45,373 nt of DNA from Thermococcus sp. JdFR-02 (GTDB lineage: Archaea > Methanobacteriota_B > Thermococci > Thermococcales > Thermococcaceae): positions 1 through 45,373 of the forward strand of contig MTLP01000003.1 of the NCBI GenBank assembly GCA_002009975.1. Direction: 5' to 3'. A program made the translations under genes and the position numbers. Numbering within the stretch: the stretch's first letter is position 1; the number at the start of each line of letters is the position of its first letter. The notes beneath the pieces are model-generated. The model had not been told where the DNA came from. It saw nothing but the letters and a program-made list of their open reading frames with translations, and did not search any database. Shown here piece by piece: positions 1 to 8,980 of the stretch.

Positions 1-66
1 TTATCGAAGCCCATGATAAGTAAGAGGAGGGCAGTCTTTAAATATTTAGCTGCTCTATCATAAAGG

Positions 67-1023
67 GTGAACTATTACGACTTCCTGTCCTTCAAGGAAG
101 AAGCTCTGAAGTACTACCCTCCGCTGGTCTACATAGCCCTGGGGATAGGTATACTTGCCTCCGCCTTCTCCGCTCTCTACATCTGGAGGAGGGAAGAGAG
201 GTACGAGAAACTCGCCTTCTACGCAGCCCTCGCGCTTACTGCAGAGCTTACTCTACTCTATGCTTTGCTGGTGAGGTACCACTTAGGCTTAGCCGGCATC
301 TCTTACATCAACCCCTTCGAAGGCGGTCGCTTCAATATACTTCTCCCCTTCTGGGTGGAAAAGGAGCGCCTTCTATTCTGGCTGTGGATCTATGCGTTCA
401 TGGTGCTATATGCATGGAGATACAGAGCAAAGACCTTCGCCTCTGCTTTAAACTTCGGCTCTCTCGCCTTCCTAATTGCGATTTTCTTCACAGGCAGAGA
501 AGAACCTCTGCCAGAGATGGCCCAGCTCACAGAGCAGTACTTGCTGTGGGAGCTTCATCCCTTTGCGGCGCCTGTCGAGCTTTTCCGCTCTCTTATAGGC
601 AAGTACTATCTGTACTCCACTTGGTACATGTGGCTCCACCCGCCCATGATATTCATCGCCTACGCCGCCTTTACTGTGAACTTCTTTGCCTGCATAGCGA
701 TGCTTCTAAAGAAAGAGGAGATATACGACAGCATCGCCTATGCGTATGCAAAGTTTGGATACCTGCTGCTCACCATAGGCATGCTCATAGGCTACCCCTG
801 GGCGCTTGAGGCTTGGCAGGGTCAGAGCTGGTGGTGGTCGCCTATAATAAGCGCCTCCTTTATGCTCTGGTTCTTTTACTCCGCCTACCTGCACGCGAGG
901 CTCTACATTAAAGATGAAAAAATGTGGCGCACAACGGCGATTCTGGGAATAATGGGTTACCTGAGCGTGATATTCGCCTACCTGGTGATCTTTCTCTTAC
1001 CAGGAGTGCACGCTTACGTTTAG
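67..1023 (+). CDS. ccmF: Cytochrome c biogenesis heme lyase, CcmF/CcsA family (N-terminal-type, 318 aa)
   Basis: Multiple TM helices; W...E-RLLFWLW segment; WLHPP motif; G..WA...W..WWWSP (WWD-like); SAYLH; C-terminal GVHAY. Confidence 0.8.
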   Translation: MNYYDFLSFKEEALKYYPPLVYIALGIGILASAFSALYIWRREERYEKLAFYAALALTAELTLLYALLVRYHLGLAGISYINPFEGGRFNILLPFWVEKERLLFWLWIYAFMVLYAWRYRAKTFASALNFGSLAFLIAIFFTGREEPLPEMAQLTEQYLLWELHPFAAPVELFRSLIGKYYLYSTWYMWLHPPMIFIAYAAFTVNFFACIAMLLKKEEIYDSIAYAYAKFGYLLLTIGMLIGYPWALEAWQGQSWWWSPIISASFMLWFFYSAYLHARLYIKDEKMWRTTAILGIMGYLSVIFAYLVIFLLPGVHAYV

Positions 1024-1229
1024 AGCAGCTTTTTAGTCAGTTTCATTACAAAGCCAACGAAAACCAGCAACAGCCTTAAGGCAATAAAAAAATCACCAGA
1101 GTTCCCAGCCAGCTTAGCACCAGCCCAAGGGCGATACTTGCTACACCACTTAGAGCGAACATCCCATTGCATATGTTTAGAAGAGAGTACCAGAGACGGA
1201 AAATGGGATATCTCTCAGTCTTCTAAAAA

Positions 1230-1547
1230 CTAATGAACTAGCTCGTAGATGTATTCGTAGAAGGCTTTGAGCTCCGGGCGGCGCTGAATAAGCTCCTTAA
1301 ATCCGTCGATTAGCATTTTCTGCAGTTCCATCTCGCTATCTGCTCTCCTTGCCCTGTTGAGTATCTTATAAACCTCTATCACAGCTGTGTTGAACTTCCT
1401 GAGAAAGGTTAATCTCGCCTCAGCCTGAACTGTTTGAGAAATAATAATGAGCTCCTTCTCTGCCAGCTCTACCGCAGTTGCGTGCAACCTATCATGTGGG
1501 TTGAGAAGCGCTATAACAAGGTTTGTATCCCAGCAGTTTATGGTCAT
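1230..1547 (-). CDS. PIN-domain (VapC-like) protein, probably C-terminally truncated
   Basis: N-terminal WDTNLVIALL..HD.LH and SQTVQAE match PIN motifs; ends at 105 aa without the C-terminal acidic PIN motif. Confidence 0.6.
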   Translation of the reverse strand: MTINCWDTNLVIALLNPHDRLHATAVELAEKELIIISQTVQAEARLTFLRKFNTAVIEVYKILNRARRADSEMELQKMLIDGFKELIQRRPELKAFYEYIYELVH

Positions 1548-1549
1548 CC

Positions 1550-2254
1550 TTACGCAGAGGTGAGCAAAGCCGCCAGTCCTTCCGGCACCTCGAAGCTCTC
1601 CACCTTCCTCAGCTTCCCGGAGATGACCGCAACATCATTGTAAAGCTTTTCTGGACTCTGCACACCTCTCCTTATACCCTCTACTCTGAGCAGCAGTATG
1701 AGCACGCCAAGCATATACTCCCCCTGCCGCTCAGGCGACTTCTCCTTCAGAGCCTCGTCGACGAGCATGCTCGCTAGGGCCAGGGCTTGATCAATGAGCA
1801 TCGCTTGCTCCGGTTCTTCGGTATCCAGAATCGCCTCGGAGAGGCTCTCCCTCAGAGACTCTATAACCCCGCGGCTCTTAAGCACCTGCATCCTTACAAT
1901 CTTCTCCTGCTCCTGAGGTGTCAGAATTCTGGATATCTCCTCCAGCAGGGGCAGAACATCCCTGAAGCGCCGCTCAAACACCTCCAAAATTTTGCTGTAA
2001 GATTCCAGATAAGCCCGGTAGGTAGGGTCCTCTGGCAGGCAGGTTATAAACTCCTCAATGAGGGCGTTCTTCTCTTCCTCGCTCAGGTGTCTCATCTCAA
2101 GTATCTTCCTGAACTTCCAGCCCGCATGCTTTCTCCTGAGAAACTCATAGGACGATAGGAAGGGCTTCAGCGCCCCAAGGATTATGCCAAAGATGTCGTC
2201 AAAGTAAAAGTCAAGAACCTCTCTATACCCATACCTCACCGCAGTAGCGCCCAT
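1550..2254 (-). CDS. Helical hypothetical protein, possible partner of the PIN gene
   Basis: Long ORF; ATG 2254 preceded by GGAGG is a better start than TTG 2338; stop lies 2 nt before the PIN start. Confidence 0.6.
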   Translation of the reverse strand: MGATAVRYGYREVLDFYFDDIFGIILGALKPFLSSYEFLRRKHAGWKFRKILEMRHLSEEEKNALIEEFITCLPEDPTYRAYLESYSKILEVFERRFRDVLPLLEEISRILTPQEQEKIVRMQVLKSRGVIESLRESLSEAILDTEEPEQAMLIDQALALASMLVDEALKEKSPERQGEYMLGVLILLLRVEGIRRGVQSPEKLYNDVAVISGKLRKVESFEVPEGLAALLTSA

Positions 2255-2476
2255 CGTTCGGTGATGCCTCCATAGTCTTACTTCATAATCCTGAGAATAC
2301 CATTTGTCCTGATTTATATAAAAAGAGGTTAATAACACTTTCGGATGGTGTTTGTTCTAAAACAATATCGACTGAAATAAATACCACCTACAAAAAAAGA
2401 GAACCTTCTCTCTCACAATTGGTATCCGACGTTATGTTTATACTTTGTTATAGAAATGTTTAAACAGTGAGAAGCG

Positions 2477-2647
2477 ATGGACATCGAAGTACGCATGGTG
2501 TTGCAGGGTGAAGAGGTCGTTGAACGTGAGGTGAAGCGCATAGGCAACAGCGCACACGTGATGCTCCCTCGGAGCTGGATAGGTGCAAAGGTGAAGGTGA
2601 TACGCCTGAAAAAGGATACGCAGGCAGAGGATGGAGGGGAAGGATGA
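2477..2647 (+). CDS. DUF2080 family (AbrB-like) small protein, 56 aa, absent from the ORF track
   Basis: Translated by hand: MDIEVRMVLQGEEVVEREVKRIGNSAHVMLPRSWIGAKVKVIRL; GNSAHV.LP..WIG.KV is the DUF2080 signature; ATGA overlap with next gene. Confidence 0.8.
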   Translation: MDIEVRMVLQGEEVVEREVKRIGNSAHVMLPRSWIGAKVKVIRLKKDTQAEDGGEG

Positions 2648-2991
2648 AAAAAGCAAAGGCAACATGGAAATACGGCGAGGCAACCTGCTTTCAAAAGCGC
2701 TGGTTCAGCGACTTCTGCCCCGAGTGTGAAAGCTCCGAGCGCTGCTCTGCGAGGGCGTGGCTCAAATTTACGATGAAAGCGCCAGAGCTGGCGCAGATAA
2801 AGCCTGACTTCCTTCGCAGAGCAAGAACAAACTTCAGGAAGCAGCGTCCACCGCAACCTGAGCGGAGATACAAACCAAGGAAAAGATACCCCAAACGGAA
2901 GTATCCAGAGGATAATTGGAGAAAAGGCGAAAGGAGAAGCTACTCGAAAAGAAGGTGGGGAAGCGAAAGGTTGAAAAAGGGCGGAAAGTGA
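2644..2991 (+). CDS. Small basic protein with 4-Cys putative Zn site and Arg/Lys-rich tail
   Basis: C-x9-CPEC-x5-C, then an RYKP/RYPK/KYP-rich tail; coupled to DUF2080; its TGA begins motif copy 1. Confidence 0.55.
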   Translation: MKKAKATWKYGEATCFQKRWFSDFCPECESSERCSARAWLKFTMKAPELAQIKPDFLRRARTNFRKQRPPQPERRYKPRKRYPKRKYPEDNWRKGERRSYSKRRWGSERLKKGGK

Positions 2992-3002
2992 TTCCTTTAT
3001 AA
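2989..3002 (+). promoter_or_regulatory. Backbone promoter motif copy 1 (TGATTCCTTTATAA)
   Basis: Motif match upstream of the 3040 gene; overlaps stop codon 2989-2991. Confidence 0.7.
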
Positions 3003-3039
3003 GAGACTGAATCATCAGTTGGGTGAGGAAGGCTGATAG

Positions 3040-3918
3040 GTGGTTGAGATGCGTGCGAAGACAATAATAGGTGTCGCGCTGGCAGTGATGCTGATACTCG
3101 CAGCGCTGCCGCAGGCGTGGGCGGTAGTGGAATATAATTCATATAAACTGCAAACCAAGCTGTGCGAGAAGTACAATATACCCAAAAATGAATATGGAAC
3201 ATATAACGTCCGTGATTTGGCAGAGAAACTTGAGTCCAAGCCAGAACGAGAACTAACGGTTGAAGAGGCACAGTTTCTGCTGGAATGGTACTCTGTAAAA
3301 GCAGGACAGTCTGGAAGCGATGAACTCTTTCAGCAGAACCTCAAAAAGGCTGAGCACTACTTCAACCTGATAATGCAGAAGGATTCAGACTACGTGCCCG
3401 CTTATCTGGCACTAATGAAGACCTATGGCATTGAAGGTTCTTCTCGCAACATTCCGGAACTTGAAAAGAGAGCCTTAGAACTCGAACTAAAAACGCTTGA
3501 ATTAAACCCCGATGGCAGAATCATTGACGATGGTGGTGAAGAGAATACTTGGACATACTTATCATACGATTTAGAGAGTTTTAAGTACTCCTATGGTTAC
3601 AGTATTCCAGACGACCTCATCAAGTGGTTCCGAGAGGTTGGCACTATGGCTCAGCATGACGAGATCAAGACCAAAGAAGACTTGGAGCGCATAGGCTTCT
3701 ATGAGAAGCGCGATGAAGTGCTGAAGGCGTTGGAGGAGAAGCCACTGCTGCAGAAGGTGATGGATGCGATACCTGTGGGCACCACTCAGACGAAGGGCTT
3801 GGCTGCGGAGCTTCTGCGCATCCACAGAAACATCGCAATAGCGGCAGGTGCAATCTTTGCTTTCCTCGTATTCTTAGGTGCTCTCTGGCTCAGGCAGCGC
3901 CGTGCAGCAGCCGCCTGA
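3040..3918 (+). CDS. Secreted helical/TPR-like protein with C-terminal membrane anchor
   Basis: Signal peptide ending QAWA; TPR-like segments (DSDYVPAYLALM, LELNPD); C-terminal TM followed by RQRR. Confidence 0.7.
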   Translation: MVEMRAKTIIGVALAVMLILAALPQAWAVVEYNSYKLQTKLCEKYNIPKNEYGTYNVRDLAEKLESKPERELTVEEAQFLLEWYSVKAGQSGSDELFQQNLKKAEHYFNLIMQKDSDYVPAYLALMKTYGIEGSSRNIPELEKRALELELKTLELNPDGRIIDDGGEENTWTYLSYDLESFKYSYGYSIPDDLIKWFREVGTMAQHDEIKTKEDLERIGFYEKRDEVLKALEEKPLLQKVMDAIPVGTTQTKGLAAELLRIHRNIAIAAGAIFAFLVFLGALWLRQRRAAAA

Positions 3919-3925
3919 ACTCCCT

Positions 3926-3935
3926 TTTATTTTTC
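3926..3935 (+). terminator. Oligo-T tract after stop, candidate archaeal intrinsic terminator
   Basis: TTTTATTTTT shortly after TGA 3918, between convergent genes. Confidence 0.4.
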
Positions 3936-3972
3936 ACTAAAAAAGAGAGAAGTGGAAGTTCTCGGCGTCGCA

Positions 3973-6771
3973 CTACACCGTTATGTCAGAGAATGCCAGA
4001 TACTTTTTCCCTGTCCAGTCTCCCGTAACACTGGCGCTTGAGGAGCACGGGTAGCTGCTGCACTTGTCGCAAGAGTCGCCATCATTTATCCACGCGTGCA
4101 CTATCTCACTGACCAGGCGGTTGACCTCAGCGATAATCTGCCTCGCCTGCGCGTCGGAGAATGGAGGTCTGCCGTATGGGTCCTTGGTAAGGGTATTCTT
4201 TATGTCATAGTAGACATCATTATTACCCCCCTTTTTGACCTCCCACGCGTGGCTGCACGCCTCCTGGAAGTACTGGCAGCCTGGGATGCGCTCCCTGCCC
4301 CAGTAGCCGCTGCATTTCCTGCTGATCGTACCCGTGCTTCCGAGCCATTCCATCAGCGTGGTGTCGCGGCTATCATTGGGCGGGTACGGCTCCAGCCTGT
4401 CCACAAGCACCCTTGCCGTGGCACCTGTCCACTCCTTGAAGTATATGGTCTGGCTGGAGGGGAACCCTTGGAGACCGTATTCTGTGATCCATATTTTAAA
4501 CACGTTCCTTACCAGGCCGTCCTCATAGCTGACCTCCACCTTAATCTTTCTCTGCGACTGCGGCGCAACGCAGCTCACCTGCTTGGAGCATGTCGCCCCA
4601 CCAGCGCGTGCCTCTATCGTGTGCATGGTATCGCTGCTGCAGGTTATCGTCACGCTCTTGCTGAACCTTCCCTGTGAGTCGGTGTAGGTGGTGGCGTAGT
4701 AGTTCCCGTCCACGTAGATGTCAACTCGCTGGTTAGCTGCGGAGCAGCCCTGCCCGCTCACGGAGAGGCGTCCTGAGAACATCACAGACTCGCCTGTTTG
4801 CACCTGCGTCCTGTCCACGGAGCAGGTTATGCTGAAGCTTGCGCCGCAGGTGACGGTGGTGCTCTGCACGGGAGTCACCTGTCCTGTGCTGCTCAGGATA
4901 CCCTTCACCTCGATGACGTTGCTGCAACCCAAGTAAGCGCTGTAATCGCTCTTAGGCACGTAGATGTTGAAGTTGCCTGAGGAGTCGGTGCTCACGCGCT
5001 TTCTCTCGCTGCCGTTAACGTACACGATGATGGTGCCCGCTGCGCCGTCGCCGTCGCTGTCCACGAGCTTTCCGCTGACGCTGAAGCCAGTGTCGCAGAA
5101 GCCCGAGGTGTCCCAGGTGACATTCCTGAGCGAGGGATTGCCCCCGGGTGGATTGATAGGCACGCACTGGCCGTTCACGCAGCGGTAGCCATCAGGACAG
5201 TCGGTGTCGCTGCAGCACTGCGTCGGACAGGCGCAGTCGGTAAAGAGTCTTGAGAACAGCTCATTGCCATTGTTGGCGTCAAGTATGTAGAACCAGAATT
5301 TGCCATTGCTAGTGTAGTTCTTCTTCACGGTGATCCGAGCCATTCCGTTTGAATCGGTTGTGAAGCTGCCGTGATACCACCCGACGCTCCCATAGCCGTA
5401 CTTGTAGTCAAAGGTTTTATTCCTCGCGGGGCTGTTGGTCCAGCAGTTTGTCACGTTTACAGTAACTACTATCTCGGGCGTGCACTGCACTGAGGTATTG
5501 AAGAAGAAGTTGCTTCTGCAGGTTTTGGGTGGTGGGTTGTAGTTCGGGCACGGGAGCTGAGCCTGGGTCTCGCAGTTGGTGCCTATGAGGCAGCCGGTCT
5601 CGCAGTTCGCTCCCGGGAAGGGAGAGTCGGCGGGGGAGCACACGTTGCTCTGGATGATGTCTTTCGGCACCACGAATGTGGCAAAGTCCGGGCCGTAGAC
5701 GTAGTAGACCAGGTGGTACAGGCTCGGCTCGAGCTTTGTGCTGTCCACGTACTGGTGGTACTCCTCGAGGCTGATTTGGTGTGTTACGAACATCTCGTTA
5801 TACCGCGGATCGACGACAGCACACGGGTCCAGGCAGGTGGTGCCCACGTCGGTACCGCCAGCGCGGAGAACCTTAAGCGTCAGGTCCTTGATGAACGTTG
5901 TTTCGTCAACGTGTGCAGGCTTCCCGCTGGCATCAGTCATGTAGTCAGGCGAAGGATACGGCTCACCTTCCTGAACCCAGCTGTGCACCTTGTAGTAGAT
6001 TCGCTTATACTTCTTATCTGTGATCAGCACATTCATGCGAAGGAGCAGGTTGCCATCCGCATCAAACCGAGCGCTGAGAATGCGAATGTCCCAGCCCACC
6101 ATTCTCGTGGCGGGCGAGCAGAAGAAGCCGCCTGCTGGGGCATGAAGCTGCGCAAACGTCTGGCAGGTCTCCTCGCAGGCGCCCTGGGTGCTTCTGTAAG
6201 GGACGGGCTGACCCCAACACGTCATTGCGTTCAGGTCGCGTTCCATGCGTCTTGCTTCATCCCTGACCACCTCAACCAGAAGTGCCTGGTTGCTGTTGTC
6301 TGCTATTCCCTCATCAGCTATGCGCTTTGCCACCCGAGCCTGGAACTCTCTGGCATAGATACCAAGCCACTGGTCACGCCAGTATACGAGTTCTTTGAAG
6401 CGAACCTTTGTGTTGCGTTCGTCCAAGCGAATATGGAATTTCAGGGTCCAGTTCTGTGCTTCTGCCTCTGGTATCTGGCCGAGTCCGGCGAGGGCGAAGC
6501 TGAGCACGGCGACAGCTTTGAGGAAGCCCCTGCGGGAGAGCTTTATTCCACCATCAGCATCGTTGTTATCCACCTCCCCGTCGCCTTCACCCTTCACGTG
6601 GTGCAGGTGCACGGCGATGCCTGCCCTCTTCGCTTCAGCGATAACCTTTCTGGCGAACTCCTCATCGTCACCGTTCAGTGCAGCACGTTTAAGCGCTTCC
6701 TCAAGATGCTTGGTAGTTATAAGATTCTCTTCGCCTGTATCAGATACTCTCTCGTGCAAATTAGGCAACAT
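3973..6771 (-). CDS. Large Cys-rich secreted adhesin-like protein with twin-arginine signal and Ig-like repeats
   Basis: SRRGFLK + hydrophobic core + AEA; three TDSxG-type Ig-like repeats; CCSDTDCPDGYRCVNGQC module; ATG 6771 is 36 nt from motif copy 2. Confidence 0.75.
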   Translation of the reverse strand: MLPNLHERVSDTGEENLITTKHLEEALKRAALNGDDEEFARKVIAEAKRAGIAVHLHHVKGEGDGEVDNNDADGGIKLSRRGFLKAVAVLSFALAGLGQIPEAEAQNWTLKFHIRLDERNTKVRFKELVYWRDQWLGIYAREFQARVAKRIADEGIADNSNQALLVEVVRDEARRMERDLNAMTCWGQPVPYRSTQGACEETCQTFAQLHAPAGGFFCSPATRMVGWDIRILSARFDADGNLLLRMNVLITDKKYKRIYYKVHSWVQEGEPYPSPDYMTDASGKPAHVDETTFIKDLTLKVLRAGGTDVGTTCLDPCAVVDPRYNEMFVTHQISLEEYHQYVDSTKLEPSLYHLVYYVYGPDFATFVVPKDIIQSNVCSPADSPFPGANCETGCLIGTNCETQAQLPCPNYNPPPKTCRSNFFFNTSVQCTPEIVVTVNVTNCWTNSPARNKTFDYKYGYGSVGWYHGSFTTDSNGMARITVKKNYTSNGKFWFYILDANNGNELFSRLFTDCACPTQCCSDTDCPDGYRCVNGQCVPINPPGGNPSLRNVTWDTSGFCDTGFSVSGKLVDSDGDGAAGTIIVYVNGSERKRVSTDSSGNFNIYVPKSDYSAYLGCSNVIEVKGILSSTGQVTPVQSTTVTCGASFSITCSVDRTQVQTGESVMFSGRLSVSGQGCSAANQRVDIYVDGNYYATTYTDSQGRFSKSVTITCSSDTMHTIEARAGGATCSKQVSCVAPQSQRKIKVEVSYEDGLVRNVFKIWITEYGLQGFPSSQTIYFKEWTGATARVLVDRLEPYPPNDSRDTTLMEWLGSTGTISRKCSGYWGRERIPGCQYFQEACSHAWEVKKGGNNDVYYDIKNTLTKDPYGRPPFSDAQARQIIAEVNRLVSEIVHAWINDGDSCDKCSSYPCSSSASVTGDWTGKKYLAFSDITV

Positions 6772-6792
6772 ATCAGATATGGTATGCAATAC

Positions 6793-6822
6793 TTTAAAAA
6801 AGAATCATGATTCTTTTTTAAA
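6793..6822. promoter_or_regulatory. Motif copies 2 and 3 back-to-back, a perfect 30-bp palindrome (divergent promoter)
   Basis: TTTAAAAAAGAATCA|TGATTCTTTTTTAAA between divergent genes. Confidence 0.8.
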
Positions 6823-6892
6823 TATTTGGACCAAGAGAGACAAGAAGTAATGTTCCTCTTCAGTTATTTCCGCTGATATGAGGTTATGAGAA

Positions 6893-8047
6893 ATGAAATT
6901 AAGCTGTGCCATCATTGGTGCTGGCAACTTCTGCAAAATGGTATTGCAGAGACTCACCGGAAGATATGGCAGGTCGCTTTCTGATGAAGTCAAAGATATA
7001 TACCTGGTGGATCTGGATAGACGTGCTCTAAAGCAGAGGGGTGAGGAGTTCGGGATACCCCCACACAGGCAACTTACCCGCGTGGAGCAGCTGGGAGAAG
7101 ATGTGGACTTTGCTGTGATTGCAACACCAGCAACGGCCCACTGGGAAGTTACTAGATACACCCTAGAGAAAGGCATCCCAACATTTATTTCGAAACCTCT
7201 CGACGCTGACTTCAAAATGGCAAAACAGATGGTTGAGTTGGCGGAATCCTGTGGCACGCTCAACGCTGCAGGTTCGCAGATGCTGTTCCACCCCGCCTTA
7301 TTGCGGGCGATTGAGTTCATTCATAAGAAACAGGTAGTTATAAAACACATAACAATTAACTGGACAAAAGAGAGAGGCCCCAGAGACCATCCTATACCAG
7401 GAATTGTGTTGGAGGAAGGTCCTCATTCCGTCGGCTGTCTTTACGCTCTAAAGCAGGAGTTACCTGAACAGGTGCACATGGCCGTGCGCCGGGGCGAAAT
7501 AATCATCTCTTGGGAGAAGTGGAAGAACTACAACAACCGCATCGGTATCAGGGTGCTCGGGATGGAGGAGGATGGTAGCAAGAGATTCATAGTAGCCGAA
7601 ACTTCGAAGGCTTTCACGGCCCTCCTAAAGTACAGCGACGGAACTGTTGCCACTGTGCACATGGATTTCGAAGATCCGTGCAAGCAGCGAACTTTGAAGA
7701 TTATAGGAGAACTCGACGGCAAAAGGTTTGAAAGGAATATCGCAATCCATGTTGACATGACTGAAGTGTCGTCAAAGGACATGGACAGCGCCAGACACCT
7801 GCTTCCAGGTCTCACGGTATGGCAGGGTTTTACATCCGAAAGGAGTGGTGTTGGAAAAGTGGTGATAAGAGAGGAGTTCCCAAATGCAGACCCGCTTGGC
7901 GACCAGCTCCTCAGCTTCATTGAGTACGTCAGAAGAGGGGAGAGACCGCACACGCTGATGAGCTTCAGGGAGGAACTTGAAATCGAGAACCTTCTCCAAA
8001 CTCTCCATAACAGAGCGGAATACCCACAAATAATGGTCATCAAATGA
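6893..8047 (+). CDS. Gfo/Idh/MocA family NAD(P)-dependent oxidoreductase
   Basis: AIIGAG Rossmann motif, VDFAVIATPATAH, SKPL (EKP variant), EEGPH. Confidence 0.85.
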   Translation: MKLSCAIIGAGNFCKMVLQRLTGRYGRSLSDEVKDIYLVDLDRRALKQRGEEFGIPPHRQLTRVEQLGEDVDFAVIATPATAHWEVTRYTLEKGIPTFISKPLDADFKMAKQMVELAESCGTLNAAGSQMLFHPALLRAIEFIHKKQVVIKHITINWTKERGPRDHPIPGIVLEEGPHSVGCLYALKQELPEQVHMAVRRGEIIISWEKWKNYNNRIGIRVLGMEEDGSKRFIVAETSKAFTALLKYSDGTVATVHMDFEDPCKQRTLKIIGELDGKRFERNIAIHVDMTEVSSKDMDSARHLLPGLTVWQGFTSERSGVGKVVIREEFPNADPLGDQLLSFIEYVRRGERPHTLMSFREELEIENLLQTLHNRAEYPQIMVIK

Positions 8048-8057
8048 ACAGCTCCTT

Positions 8058-8615
8058 TCAGCGATGTTTCGAGAACACTGCTATGCTGAAAAAGAAGTGT
8101 TCGTTTTTGATGAACTCAGTATACAAGAAGCGATGTTTATTCGAGTCACCAATTGCCACAAGGGTTTTATCAGCGTGGACTGCCCCGGCGAAGAACCTTA
8201 CCACCTTCAGGTTGGCCTGAATGCCGCAGTTCCTTCCAGATACCTGAGTGGCTCTCAGTACATGGTCGCCAATAATGAGGGCGTTGCCGTTCACGTCTAT
8301 CTGCACCTGTGCGTTTTCGCCCTCTGTTTTGATCACAGCCGCACGGAAGTCCTCAAAAGGCACAGTGGCCTTGGAGCAGACTGTAACCCTGTCCACCCGG
8401 ACCGGGGGTGCAACCCTACCTGCTGGGCGAAGTACGAAACTCTCTCCGGCACTGCTCAGTTTGGAAAGGTGTTTCTCCCTTTCAAGAGCAAAGAAGATGC
8501 CCTCACCATACCCCTTCAGAATGATGCGCTTGTCGTCTGAGAAAACAACCCGGTACACCGGGTTCTGCCTGTGAAACATATCCACAAGCTTGACGATGCC
8601 ATCCCTGATGCCCAT
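8058..8615 (-). CDS. Hypothetical alpha/beta protein with weak resemblance to a degenerate PCNA-like clamp
   Basis: KATVPFEDFRAAV and terminal FFSIA recall PCNA domain 2; 185 aa; coupled to upstream gene. Confidence 0.4.
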   Translation of the reverse strand: MGIRDGIVKLVDMFHRQNPVYRVVFSDDKRIILKGYGEGIFFALEREKHLSKLSSAGESFVLRPAGRVAPPVRVDRVTVCSKATVPFEDFRAAVIKTEGENAQVQIDVNGNALIIGDHVLRATQVSGRNCGIQANLKVVRFFAGAVHADKTLVAIGDSNKHRFLYTEFIKNEHFFFSIAVFSKHR

Positions 8616-8941
8616 CAGAAGGTCACCTCTACGGGTACCACCTTGCTGTAGTTTCCACCGCCCTGCACTTCAACAACCAGCAGTGTCTGGTTTCCCTGTG
8701 GAAAGATCCTGAGAACGTAGTCCCTGCCAGCTATCTTCGGCGGGAGTACAGCTGAGAAGTTCAGCTCGGCGCTGTAAGAGGACTTTGCCTCCGTCAGGTA
8801 ACTTGCCACCAGCATCAGCACGGAGCTGGCCTCTGCTCTCTCTCTCATATCTCCTGAGGACTTGAGCATCTCAGCGCTCACGTAAACCAGCGGTGCCGTG
8901 GCCAACACGATCACTATAATGAAGACAATGAGGTTTTCCAT
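8615..8941 (-). CDS. Archaeal minor-pilin-like protein
   Basis: N-terminal ME + hydrophobic helix; LPPKIAGRDY.L.I motif typical of euryarchaeal pilus-associated proteins. Confidence 0.55.
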   Translation of the reverse strand: MENLIVFIIVIVLATAPLVYVSAEMLKSSGDMRERAEASSVLMLVASYLTEAKSSYSAELNFSAVLPPKIAGRDYVLRIFPQGNQTLLVVEVQGGGNYSKVVPVEVTF

Positions 8942-8965
8942 AACATCACCCCAAAGGCGCAGGGG

Positions 8966-8980
8966 TTTAAAAAAGAATCA
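8966..8980 (-). promoter_or_regulatory. Motif copy 4 (TGATTCTTTTTTAAA)
   Basis: Starts at stop codon of 8978..9772; 39 nt to ATG 8941. Confidence 0.75.

Noticed and set aside
2477-2647. IS200/IS605-type transposon suggested by DUF2080
   Set aside because: No TnpA/TnpB or other transposase nearby.
5713-6810. 365-aa plus-strand ORF and other long antisense ORFs (4096-4677, 9050-9700, 30480-31274, 44631-45296)
   Set aside because: Shadows of well-supported genes on the opposite strand; no motifs, RBS or promoter.
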